Assembly (NCBI GenBank): GCA_030152305.1
Contig: JASKOM010000001.1
Coordinates: 265,174-329,173 of the forward strand
DNA length: 64,000 nucleotides
Direction: 5' to 3'
Source: Campylobacterota bacterium
GTDB taxonomy: Bacteria; Campylobacterota; Campylobacteria; Campylobacterales; Thiovulaceae
This document shows positions 40,342 to 51,100 of the stretch, piece after piece. The notes under the pieces were generated by a model. That model worked only from the letters and a program-made list of their open reading frames with translations, was not told the origin of the DNA and made no database searches. The position numbers and the translations under genes are program-made. Position 1 is the stretch's first letter, and each line of letters begins with the position of its first letter.

Positions 40342-41070
40342 TTAAATTATCGTTTTCATCTTCCACTTCAATTGACTAAACTTACCAACGATCTCAATTC
40401 CAAAATCACGACCAGATTTTGTTAATTTCCAAACACCATTTTCACGAATTTGAAAACCTTTATGTTCGAGCATCAAATTAATCTCGACCGCTGATTTGTT
40501 GATCATTTTGCCTAATTCAGTTGGTAAGAAAAATTGATTTTCGAGATCAATCTCAAAATGTTCAAGCGGTGAAAAGTTATGAAACTTGCGATAAAACTTA
40601 TCGAGTCGGTAAAGAGTTGTTGGATTCATATTTTGTAAATTTGCAATTAACTTTTCGGTTGCCGTTAAATTATTATCAAGTTCAATAATTTTTTCAGTTA
40701 AGTTTCCAATTTCTGGAAGTTGAAAGTTTTTAGTTTGCGATTTTTGATTTTGTAAGATTTCTCGCATTCGAAAGAATTCGCTAACTAAACGGACTTTAAA
40801 ATCTAAAACGATGTCGTTATTTCTCATCATCGAAATTAGTAAAGTTGCTTGTTGCTCGTTTAAATAGAAAGTTTTTTGTTCGTTAGTCCGATTTTTCGAG
40901 TTTTTAATAGCCTCCGTTTTAAACGGAACCATTCCAAAATGTTCGATTTTACTGATTAGTTCAACGACATTTTTTTGTTGAATTTCTGTTTGTTCTGCGA
41001 TAACTCGATGAGAAATTCGCGGTTCATTTTCGATGAGTTCGACGATATTTGTGTTAAAATTTGACTGCAT
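40342..41070 (-). CDS. Rha-type + KilAC-type protein (R2)
   Basis: 242 aa. The N-terminal Rha segment has a distinct middle (AEQTEIQQKNVVELISKIEHFGMVPFKTEAIKNSKNRTNEQ). The C-terminal half is near-identical to R1 and R4. Confidence 0.75.
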   Translation of the reverse strand: MQSNFNTNIVELIENEPRISHRVIAEQTEIQQKNVVELISKIEHFGMVPFKTEAIKNSKNRTNEQKTFYLNEQQATLLISMMRNNDIVLDFKVRLVSEFFRMREILQNQKSQTKNFQLPEIGNLTEKIIELDNNLTATEKLIANLQNMNPTTLYRLDKFYRKFHNFSPLEHFEIDLENQFFLPTELGKMINKSAVEINLMLEHKGFQIRENGVWKLTKSGRDFGIEIVGKFSQLKWKMKTII

Positions 41071-41072
41071 GT

Positions 41073-41151
41073 ATCTCCAATTATTTGACTAAAATAGAAA
41101 TTGCCGTTTCTAAGATAGTTGGAGATAATTATATAGAATATATTCTATATA
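41073..41151 (-). promoter_or_regulatory. candidate operator + promoter + RBS-sequestering 5'UTR hairpin of R2
   Basis: Perfect 22-bp palindrome TATATAGAATATATTCTATATA (41130-41151) overlaps a TATAAT. In the transcript, ATCTCCAA (41126-41119) can pair with TTGGAGAT (41080-41073), which contains the GGAG 2 nt before the ATG. Confidence 0.45.
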
Positions 41152-41161
41152 ATCAAGAATA

Positions 41162-41404
41162 TCATCTATTTAAAATAGCTATAGTTTTTTTTAAAATTTC
41201 TAATTCTTCTTCTTTTTTCAAAAGTTCGATTGTTCTATAAAAACTTTTCGGAGGTTTTAATTTATTATTCGCCCAATTTGTAATCGCTCTTTCACTTACC
41301 CCAATTCGTTCCGCCAATTCCTTTTGAGTTATGCCCAATTCTCGGCATGTTTTTTTAACTAAGTTTTCTTGTTTGTCTTTTTCGGTTTTTTCGACTTCGC
41401 TCAA
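41162..41404 (-). CDS. XRE/Cro-type HTH protein (H2)
   Basis: 80 aa with a TTG start after AAAGGA. MSEVEKTEKDKQENLVKKTCRELGITQKELAERIGVSERAITNWANN... Confidence 0.75.
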   Translation of the reverse strand: MSEVEKTEKDKQENLVKKTCRELGITQKELAERIGVSERAITNWANNKLKPPKSFYRTIELLKKEEELEILKKTIAILNR

Positions 41405-41463
41405 GTTTAGTCCTTTTTTGAATTAATTTGTTTTTCCGCAATTTTAATATTTTTGGATTGATC

Positions 41464-41530
41464 GTCATCCCGAATTGATTTATAGATCTAATTAATTTGA
41501 AACAAGACCCTGAAATCAATTCATTGAGAC
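41464..41530 (+). repeat. palindromic repeat element E11 (degenerate) plus an inverted partner
   Basis: GTCATCCCGAATTGATTTATAGATC (41464-41488), then TAATTAATTTGAAACAA, then GACCCTGAAATCAATTCATTGAGAC (41506-41530). Confidence 0.65.
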
Positions 41531-41538
41531 GAAAAAAT

Positions 41539-42297
41539 TTACAAAACAGCTTTCATCTTCCACTTTAATTGACTAAACTTACCGTTTATCTCAATTCCAA
41601 ATTCATTCCCAGATTTTGTTAATTTCCAAACACCATTTTCTCTAATTTGAAAACCTTTATGTTCGAGCATCAAATTAATCTCGACGGGACTTTTGTTAAT
41701 CATTTTGCCTAATTCAGTTGGTAAGAAAAATTGCGAATCGAGATCAATCTCAAAATGTTCAAGCGGTGAAAAGTTATGAAATTTGCGATAAAACTTATCG
41801 AGTCGGTAAAGAGTTGTCGGATTCATATTTTGTAAATTTGCAATTAACTTTTCGGTTGCCGTTAAATTATTGTCAAGTTCGATTATTTTTTCAGTTGAGT
41901 TTCCAATTTCTGGAAGTTGTAGGTTTTGAGTTTGCGATTTCTGATTTTGCAAAAGTTCTCGCATTCGAAAGAATTCGCTAACTAAACGGACTTTAAAATC
42001 TAAAACGATGTCGTTATTTCTCATCATCGAAATTAGTAAAGTTGCTTGTTGCTCGTTTAAATAGAAAGTTTTTTGTTCAACTTGCCCTCTATCTTTACCA
42101 TTTTTTGTTGTTCTATCTAAACCCTCATTTTTAAAATGAATGTTTCCAAAAAACTCGAACTTATCGATATTTTTGTTGATTAAATTTGCGATTGAAACAG
42201 CTAAGTTTTCTGTTTTTTCAGCGATAACTCGATGAGAAATTCGCGGTTCGTTGTCGATGAGTTCTATTAAGAATTCGGTAAAATTCTTTTCGTTCAT
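41539..42297 (-). CDS. Rha-type + KilAC-type protein (R1)
   Basis: 252 aa. The Rha segment is almost identical to R4. Confidence 0.75.
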   Translation of the reverse strand: MNEKNFTEFLIELIDNEPRISHRVIAEKTENLAVSIANLINKNIDKFEFFGNIHFKNEGLDRTTKNGKDRGQVEQKTFYLNEQQATLLISMMRNNDIVLDFKVRLVSEFFRMRELLQNQKSQTQNLQLPEIGNSTEKIIELDNNLTATEKLIANLQNMNPTTLYRLDKFYRKFHNFSPLEHFEIDLDSQFFLPTELGKMINKSPVEINLMLEHKGFQIRENGVWKLTKSGNEFGIEINGKFSQLKWKMKAVL

Positions 42298-42409
42298 TTA
42301 ATTTTGCTCCAGATATTTTTCTAAAATAGAAATGCCAGTTTCTAAAATAGTTGGGGCAAATTTTAGCATATTTTTCTATTATATGGCTACTTAAATCTAC
42401 TATTTTCTA

Positions 42410-42667
42410 TTAAATATATTTTTGAACTTCTTGAATAGAATTTTTTAGATTTTGAAAACTTGTTGTCTTATTTAAACTTTCTACTAATAAATTAATATGA
42501 TTAATAATATTTTTAGGAATATTATTACTTGTTGCATATTTTGATAATGTTCGATCAGTTAAGCCTATTCTTTCTGCCAACTCTTTTTGAGTTATGCCCA
42601 ATTCTCGGCATGTTTTTTTAACTAAGTTTTCTTGTTTGTCTTTTTCGGTAATTTTGACCTCATCCAT
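42410..42667 (-). CDS. XRE/Cro-type HTH protein (H1)
   Basis: The ATG at 42665-42667 lies 10 nt after GGAG and gives MDEVKITEKDKQENLVKKTCRELGITQKELAERIGLTDRTLSKYATS... The ORF-track TTG at 42682 contains that RBS. Confidence 0.75.
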   Translation of the reverse strand: MDEVKITEKDKQENLVKKTCRELGITQKELAERIGLTDRTLSKYATSNNIPKNIINHINLLVESLNKTTSFQNLKNSIQEVQKYI

Positions 42668-42720
42668 TTTTATTATCTCCAATTCCCAATTTTTTGTAAT
42701 TTTAATATTTTTTGCTTTTT

Positions 42721-42745
42721 GTCATCCCGAATTTATTTCGGGATC
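42721..42745 (+). repeat. palindromic repeat element, copy E12
   Basis: GTCATCCCGAATTTATTTCGGGATC, identical to the E4 core. Confidence 0.85.
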
Positions 42746-42754
42746 TAAATTTAT

Positions 42755-43076
42755 TTAATTATATTTACCTAATTCAGTTGGTAAATATAGTTCACGACCA
42801 ATTCTATTTTGAAGTTTTTGAGCGATGAGTATTTATTGCTGTCGTAAATGTATTTCTCAAGTCCATAAAGATTAAATAGATTAATCTTGAAGCTTCAAGA
42901 AAAAGATCTATTAGTTTAAGAATTTTTTGTGTTAAGTTGTCAGTTGCTGGAATGAGCAGTTGTGATTTTTGATTTTCTATAATAATATCTATTTTTCTAG
43001 CTAAATATAAATCTGATGTTCTGACATCAACACTAACACTTCCATTTAAAAGTGCCTCTTCTGTTTGTCCTATCAT
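42755..43076 (-). pseudogene. decayed remnant of a sixth KilAC-type cassette gene
   Basis: Homology to the paralogs is spread over three frames: ENQKSQLLIPATDNLTQKILKLID (cf NQKSQTQNLQLPEIGNETEKIIELD), LYGLEKYIYDSNKYSSLKNFKIEL (cf LYRLDKFYRKFHNFSPLEHFEIDL), and LYLPTELGKYN* (cf FFLPTELGKMINKS). Confidence 0.6.
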
Positions 43077-43222
43077 TTTTTATGACCTTTTTATAAAATT
43101 TTATTCCTCTATCTTTTTCGATGAGGTAATGAAATTTTAAAATAGTTTATTGCCATAAAAATATTTTTATTTCAATCGTTATTCCGTGTTATGATATGGA
43201 ATCAAATAATTAAAATTGGAAT

Positions 43223-44941
43223 TTGAAAATGAATAAATTAATTCTTGGCGATAATTTAGATTCGTTGAAAAAATTAGAAAGTGAATCGGTTGATCTTATA
43301 TATTTAGATCCGCCGTTTTTCTCGAATCGAAGTTATGAAGTCATTTGGGGCGACAAAGGTGAAATTCGAAGTTTTGAAGATCGCTGGAGTGGTGGAATGG
43401 ATCATTATATTAGCTGGTTAAAAGATCGTGTTGAACAAATGCACAGAGTTCTGAAGCCGACAGGCTCGATATTTCTTCATTGTGATTATCATGCAAATGC
43501 ACATATTCGTGTTTTTATTCTCGATAAAATTTTTGGTGAAGATAATTTCAGAAATGATATTACATGGCAAAGAACAAATAATCCAAAAGGTTCTCAATAT
43601 AAAAAAAAGAATTTAGGAATAGCAACAGATACTATTTTTTGGTATTCAAAATCAAACAAATATTTTTTCGATGATACTAGAATAAGAACTGAACTTGAAG
43701 CGGAATTAGTGGCTGATAAATATCCAAAAATTGACGAATATGGTAGATATTATGAATATCCTATATTAAGATCCGCTTCTAAAGGAGCAAGACCAAACCT
43801 TGTTTATGAATATAAAGGTTTTACTCCACCTTTTTATGGTTGGGTTGTTAGCAAAGAAAAACTAATTGAAATTGACTTACGAGGTGATTTAGGTTGGAGA
43901 AAAAATGGTCAACCTTTTAGAAAGTTTAGACCTCATGAAGATCCAGGCAAATTAGTTAATAACATGTGGGACGATATTTTACGAATTCAATCAAACTCCA
44001 AAGAAGCAATCGGCTATCCAACTCAAAAACCAGAAGCTCTTCTTGAACGAATAATTAAAATGGCAAGTAATTAAAATGATGTTGTTCTTGATCCTTTTGT
44101 TGGCGGTGGAACAACTGTTTCAGTTGCAAATAAATTAAATCGCAAATGGATCGGAATCGATCAATCTCCAATGGCTATTAAAGTTTCTGAATTGCGACTC
44201 GAACGAAATAAAAATTTGTTTTCTGAACCGTTTATCGTGCAATTGCATAAATATGATTTCGACTTTTTGCGAAATTCGGATGCTTTTCAGTTTGAAAGTT
44301 TTATCGTCGAACAATTCGGCGGAATTCCAAATGTCAAACAGCGAGGCGATTCAGGAATTGATGGCAAAACTCGAGACGGATTAGCAATTCAAGTCAAACG
44401 ATCAGATAATATTGGCAGAAATGTCGTTGATAATTTTTTATCAGCAATCAATCGTTTTGACAAAAAATTATTCGAAACTCAAAAAACTAATAAATCTGAA
44501 GTCGGCTATATTATCGCTTTCTCATTTGGCAAAGGTGCAATCGGCGAAGTTGCAAGATTAAAACATGAAGAAAATATAAATATAAAATTAGTGCGAGTCG
44601 ATGAAATCGTTCCAATGGCAACAAAACCAAAATTAAATTTAATAATTTCAGAAAAAAATATTGGCGAAATTGATTCAAAAGGGAATCGAGAATTTATATT
44701 AAAAGCAAAAGCCGAATCGGAATCTGGAATTGAATTTTTTGCTTGGAATTTTAATTATGATGAAAATTTAGGTTTTCAAGCTGAAATTATGATCGATAAA
44801 ACAGGCGAACAGAATTATAAATTTGGAATCGGTGAACACAAAATAGCTGTAAAAGCAATTGACAACGACGGACTTGAGTCAATCGAAATCGTCAAATTAA
44901 AAATCAATGGCAAAATCGAAATAATTTCAACTTCGAAATAA
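43223..44941 (+). pseudogene. beta-class N6A/N4C DNA methyltransferase fused to an Mrr-like nuclease domain and a PKD/Ig-like tail, interrupted by one in-frame TAA
   Basis: Motif IV is DLIYLDPPFFSN (ORF 43223-44074). A TAA lies at 44072-44074. Motif I, VLDPFVGGGTT, is in the same frame at 44084-44116 between the two ORF-track models. Downstream are GDSGIDGKTRDGLAIQVKRS (restriction-endonuclease-like) and FFAWNFNYDE...KAIDNDGLESIEIVKLKING. Confidence 0.7.
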
Positions 44942-45070
44942 GATTTAATTTTTTTGATGAGGTTCGTTTATATAATAAATAATTAACAAAGATATTTATC
45001 TCGTTTATATTTCATTAACAATCATCTTGTAGAATGTCATGAAATTTAAAAATACAAATAAGGATAAATT

Positions 45071-46084
45071 ATGTTAAATAACAATAAAATTATAGCATCA
45101 GCTATATTTATAGCAATGAGTTTATTATCATCAGGCTGTAATGAATCAAATACAAATGACAACAATGCTTCAAATGGAAATAGTTCAACCGCTGGAAATA
45201 ATGCTTCGAACGGAAACGGCTCGACTGTTGAAAATAGTTCTTCAAATGGCAACAGCTCAACTGCTGGAAATAATGCTTCGAACGGAAACGGTTCATCTAA
45301 TATTCAAGTTGATGAAAACGGAACAACAACAGTTAATGGAACTTCAATAATTAGCAATATTCCAGAAGAAAATTTATCAGAAGCCGAAACAAAATCGCTT
45401 TTATTTGTTCGAGAAGAGGAAAAACTAGCACGAGATGTATATTTAGGTTTAAATATTCTTTGGGGTGATCAAGTTAAAAACTTTTTAAATATATCAAAAG
45501 CTGAACAAACTCACACAGATTCTGTTAAAGCTCTTCTCGATCGTTATAACTTAACAGATCCAGTTACAGAAAGCGAAGATCAAAATTTAGGTGTTTTTCA
45601 AGATTTAGAGTTACAAAGTTTATATGACAGTTTAATGGCAAAAGGAAAAATAAGTCTTGTTGATGCTCTTCAAGTTGGAGCAACTGTCGAAGATTACGAT
45701 ATTTTTGATATTGAAGAACATATGAAAAATGTTGATAATGCTGATATTCTCGCTGTTTATGATGGTTTAGTTAAAGGTTCTGAAAACCATTTACGAGCTT
45801 TCTCAAAAAAATTAGCTGAACAAAACTCTAGTTACACAACTTCATATATTTCTGCTGAACGATACGAATTAATTCTTTCATCATCAAATAGTGGCGGAGA
45901 TCATAACGATACAAACACAACTGACACTGTTGCAACAAATACAACAACAGATTCTACTTCTACTAATGGTAACTCATCTAATGGTAATGGAACTGCAACA
46001 GGTTCTGGCACAGGTAACGGAAGTGGATCTGGAAATGGTAACGGTAACGGAACAGGATTAGGTTCTGGAAATGGCAATAATTAA
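45071..46084 (+). CDS. DUF2202 (ferritin-like) lipoprotein with N/G/S/T-rich low-complexity ends
   Basis: Lipobox LLSSGC. REEEKLARDVYLGLNILWGDQVKNFLNISKAEQTHTDSVKALLDRY is the DUF2202 core. N-terminal ASNGNSSTAGNN repeats and a C-terminal GNG tract. Confidence 0.65.
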   Translation: MLNNNKIIASAIFIAMSLLSSGCNESNTNDNNASNGNSSTAGNNASNGNGSTVENSSSNGNSSTAGNNASNGNGSSNIQVDENGTTTVNGTSIISNIPEENLSEAETKSLLFVREEEKLARDVYLGLNILWGDQVKNFLNISKAEQTHTDSVKALLDRYNLTDPVTESEDQNLGVFQDLELQSLYDSLMAKGKISLVDALQVGATVEDYDIFDIEEHMKNVDNADILAVYDGLVKGSENHLRAFSKKLAEQNSSYTTSYISAERYELILSSSNSGGDHNDTNTTDTVATNTTTDSTSTNGNSSNGNGTATGSGTGNGSGSGNGNGNGTGLGSGNGNN

Positions 46085-46120
46085 TATTTTAAAAATTATA
46101 TAAAATAATCAACATTCAAA

Positions 46121-46156
46121 ACCTCATCAACATTAACAAAATCAAAGCGATGAGGT
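46121..46156. terminator. bidirectional terminator from an inverted ACCTCATC/GATGAGGT pair
   Basis: AAAACCTCATC-N20-GATGAGGTTTATTT between the convergent DUF2202 gene (+) and purL (-). Confidence 0.55.
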
Positions 46157-46171
46157 TTATTTATTTAATTA

Positions 46172-48400
46172 TTAATCTTCTTGTTCGATGATTTTTTTAA
46201 AGCCGTTGAAATAAATATCTCGCATTTTATTAAGACTTTCGTCAATGTCATTTAATTTAAATCGATCGCCTTTTGATAAAACACCAATTTTTATAACTGG
46301 AATATTTAAACTTGTTGCTAAATTTTCAAAAGCAGTTTCGTTATCTTTTTTGACTTCGAAAATTGCTCGTGAAAAACTTTCTGAAAAAATATCAAAACTA
46401 TTTGCTAATTCGATTTTTGCATCAACGACTAAACCGCTTTTGATACTTGATTTTGCTAAAGCAATTGCGATTCCGCCGACATTTATATCTTTTGCTGAAG
46501 CTAATAAATTATTTTCGTTGCCTTTAATTGCAAGTTCCCAAAGAGCTTTTTCTCGTGAGAAATTTATTTCAGGTAATTTTCCAGCGACTAAATTAAAAAT
46601 TGCTTTTAATAATAAACTTCCGCCAAATTCTGATTTTGTTTCACCAGCTAAATAAATTATATTTTCGCTATTTTGAAAAACAGACGGTAAAACTTTATTT
46701 TGATCAGGATTAACTCCGACCATTGCAATACTTGGAGTTGGAAAAACAGACTTGCCATTTGTTTCGTTATAAAGCGACACATTGCCACTAATTACAGGTG
46801 TAACAAGATTTGAACAAGCATCTTTAATTCCATATGTCGATTCAGCAAATTGCCACATAACTTCAGGATTTAACGGATTACCGAAATTTAAACAGTCTGT
46901 AATTGCTTTTGGAGTTGCTCCACTCATTGCAACATTTCTACCACTTTCCATAACTGCTGAAGCTGAACCGCCTCGTGGATCAATATAACAAAATCGTGGA
47001 TTACAGTCAGCACTCATCGAAAGAGCAACACCTGTTTCTTTAATTCGAACAACTGAAGCATCGAGATCACCACCTCGTTTAATCGTATTTGTCTGAACCA
47101 TCGAATCATATTGCTCATAAATCCATGATTTATCAACGACTTCAACATTTGATAATAATTTATTAAAAATTTCACCGTTCGATAAATTAGCTGAATTTAT
47201 TTCAGGAATTTCTTCGATATTTTCGAGATATTTCGGTTTTGAAATTGGTCGGTCATAAATTGGACATTCACTCGCAATTGGTTTAATTGGCATATCAACA
47301 ACTTTATCACCATTAAAATAAATTTCCATTCGACCTGTTTCTGTAACTTCACCGATTACAACAGCATCAAGTTCCCATTTATGAAAAATCTCGATAACTT
47401 TATCTTCAAAGCCTTTTTTTGCACAGATTAACATTCGTTCTTGAGATTCTGAAAGCATAAATTCATAAGGTTGCATTCCATCTTCTCGAGCAGGAACGGA
47501 TGATAAATCCATTTTCATGCCATTTCCAGCACGGTCAGCCATTTCAAAACTCGATGAGGTCAAACCCGCCGCACCCATATCTTGAATTCCGACGATCCAA
47601 TCAGTTTTAAAAACTTCGAGACAAGCTTCTAATAATAATTTTTCAGTAAATGGATCTCCAACTTGAACGGTTGGTCGTAATTTTTTGCTTTCTTCGTTGA
47701 AACCGTCAGAACTCATAACAGCTCCACCGAGACCGTCTCGTCCAGTTTTTGAACCAACATAAATTACTGGATTTCCGATTCCTTCGGCTCGTCCGTAAAA
47801 TATTTCATCATTTTTAACAAGACCTAAATTAAAAGCATTGACTAAAATATTGCCGTTATAACAATCATCAAATGATGTTTCGCCTCCAATTGTTGGCACA
47901 CCCATTGAATTTCCATAACCTGAAATACCACCGACGACACCTTTGACTAAATATCGGTGATGTTTGCCGACCTCATCATTTCGAGTTACATCACCAAATC
48001 GCAATGAATTTAAACTTGCAATTGGTCTAGCTCCCATTGTGAAAACATCTCGCATGATTCCGCCAACACCAGTTGCTGCACCTTGATAAGGTTCAATATA
48101 AGAAGGATGATTATGTGATTCCATTTTGAAAACAGCACCATAACCACCGCCGATATCGATAATTCCAGCATTTTCACCTGGACCTTGAATAACCCAAGGA
48201 GCTTTTGTCGGAAAACCAGAAAGATATTTTTTAGAAGATTTATAAGAACAATGCTCACTCCACATAGCCGAAAAAATTCCAAGTTCGACTAAATTTGGAT
48301 GACGATTTAAAATTTTTAATATCTGTTCGTAATCTCGATCAGTTAATTTGTGCTTTTTTAATAAAGCCTCGAGATTATTAAGAGGTTGATTTTGATCCAA
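46172..48400 (-). CDS. purL: phosphoribosylformylglycinamidine synthase subunit PurL
   Basis: 742 aa with full-length small-PurL (FGAM synthase II) sequence ([20 protein letters not shown]). Confidence 0.95.
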   Translation of the reverse strand: MDQNQPLNNLEALLKKHKLTDRDYEQILKILNRHPNLVELGIFSAMWSEHCSYKSSKKYLSGFPTKAPWVIQGPGENAGIIDIGGGYGAVFKMESHNHPSYIEPYQGAATGVGGIMRDVFTMGARPIASLNSLRFGDVTRNDEVGKHHRYLVKGVVGGISGYGNSMGVPTIGGETSFDDCYNGNILVNAFNLGLVKNDEIFYGRAEGIGNPVIYVGSKTGRDGLGGAVMSSDGFNEESKKLRPTVQVGDPFTEKLLLEACLEVFKTDWIVGIQDMGAAGLTSSSFEMADRAGNGMKMDLSSVPAREDGMQPYEFMLSESQERMLICAKKGFEDKVIEIFHKWELDAVVIGEVTETGRMEIYFNGDKVVDMPIKPIASECPIYDRPISKPKYLENIEEIPEINSANLSNGEIFNKLLSNVEVVDKSWIYEQYDSMVQTNTIKRGGDLDASVVRIKETGVALSMSADCNPRFCYIDPRGGSASAVMESGRNVAMSGATPKAITDCLNFGNPLNPEVMWQFAESTYGIKDACSNLVTPVISGNVSLYNETNGKSVFPTPSIAMVGVNPDQNKVLPSVFQNSENIIYLAGETKSEFGGSLLLKAIFNLVAGKLPEINFSREKALWELAIKGNENNLLASAKDINVGGIAIALAKSSIKSGLVVDAKIELANSFDIFSESFSRAIFEVKKDNETAFENLATSLNIPVIKIGVLSKGDRFKLNDIDESLNKMRDIYFNGFKKIIEQED

Positions 48401-48458
48401 AATATGATCCTTATTTTTTTATATTGTAGTTATTAGAATTTTAACAGAATTAATAAAA

Positions 48459-48474
48459 CCCCGACTTAACGGGG
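48459..48474 (-). terminator. intrinsic terminator after galU
   Basis: CCCCG-ACTTAA-CGGGG, followed on the minus strand by TTTTATT. Confidence 0.55.
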
Positions 48475-48524
48475 ATATTTTAAAATAAAAAGAAGAGAAT
48501 AAAAAGTTTTGTTGAATTTAAAAG

Positions 48525-49349
48525 TTATTTATTATAAAAGCCGTTGATTGCTTCGACATAACCTTCGACTGAACCGCAATCGTATCGTTTGCCTTTAAAT
48601 TTATAAGCAATTACTTTACCTTGTTCGGCTAATTTTTGAAGTGCATCTGTAATTTGAATTTCACCACCAGCACCAGGTTTTGTGTCAGCTAACATAAAAA
48701 AAATATCAGAAGTTAAAATATATCTTCCGATAATTGCAAGATTTGTTGGAGCATCAGCAGGTTTTGGTTTTTCAATCATTTTACTAACTCGATAAACATC
48801 ATTTTCGATTTGAGTTCCTTCGATGATTCCGTAACTATCACTTTTTTCGATTGGAACTTCCATAATAGCAACAACTGAACAGTCATATTTTTTATATATT
48901 TGAACCATTTGAGTCATAACAGATTCGTAACGACCAGAATCACAAACATCATCGGCAAGAATAACACCAAAAGATTCGTTTCCGATCATCGTTTTAGCTT
49001 TATAAATTGCATCGCCTAAACCTAACATTGCACCTTGGCGACGAAAAGTAAAAGTTCCTCGAGAAATTAATTTATTAATAGGATCAAGTAATTTTAATTT
49101 TTTTGGTTTATCAGCAAGTTCTGTTTCAAGTTCGTAATTTTTATCAAAATAGTCTTCGATTGCACTTTTGCCTCGACCGAGAATAATATTAATTTCGTTC
49201 AAACCAGCATCAATAGCTTCTTCGACTCCATAATGAATAAGTGGTTTATCTAAAACTGGCAACATTTCTTTTGGAATTGATTTTGTTGCAGGTAAAAATC
49301 GTGTGCCATAACCAGCAGCGGGGAAAAGACATTTTTTTAATTTTGACAT
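48525..49349 (-). CDS. galU: UTP--glucose-1-phosphate uridylyltransferase
   Basis: LFPAAGYGTRFLPATKSIPKEMLPV. The ATG at 49347-49349 follows GGAG. The ORF-track TTG at 49361 includes the RBS. Confidence 0.92.
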   Translation of the reverse strand: MSKLKKCLFPAAGYGTRFLPATKSIPKEMLPVLDKPLIHYGVEEAIDAGLNEINIILGRGKSAIEDYFDKNYELETELADKPKKLKLLDPINKLISRGTFTFRRQGAMLGLGDAIYKAKTMIGNESFGVILADDVCDSGRYESVMTQMVQIYKKYDCSVVAIMEVPIEKSDSYGIIEGTQIENDVYRVSKMIEKPKPADAPTNLAIIGRYILTSDIFFMLADTKPGAGGEIQITDALQKLAEQGKVIAYKFKGKRYDCGSVEGYVEAINGFYNK

Positions 49350-49472
49350 ATAGTTCTCCAAAAAATTAATGAAAATCTATTATATCATTTTAAGATAAAA
49401 GTTATTTTAAGTTTTTATTAGCTTAAAATAACTTTTTTAGATAAATTATAAAAAAAAATAATTTAAATTGAT

Positions 49473-50948
<1,476 letters not shown>

Positions 50949-51100
50949 CTATCATGAGACATGACGGACTTGTTTTATTTTATTTAATATTAAAATTATT
51001 AATAATAATTATATTAATGCTTATTTTTAAATAAAATATCGAAATTAGATAAAATTAATAGTTAAAACTTAACTAATTACAGAAAGGAAAGGGACTTTTA

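Noticed and set aside
39947-40366. 139-aa HTH ORF that seems to carry a 30-aa in-frame insertion of the palindromic element (RPE-like insertion into a gene)
   Set aside because: The first 11 codons (MEDENDNLIKI) are just the alternate frame of the upstream gene's last codons (KWKMKTII*). A GTG at 40216 with an AAAGGA RBS gives a protein co-linear with H2, which uses a TTG at the same position. The element is therefore intergenic, not coding. The same applies to the ATG at 39140 of H4.
45046-45350. Three overlapping ORFs (45046-45252 minus, 45108-45296 minus, 45141-45350 plus)
   Set aside because: They are artefacts of the low-complexity ASNGNSSTAGNN-coding repeats at the 5' end of the DUF2202 lipoprotein gene.
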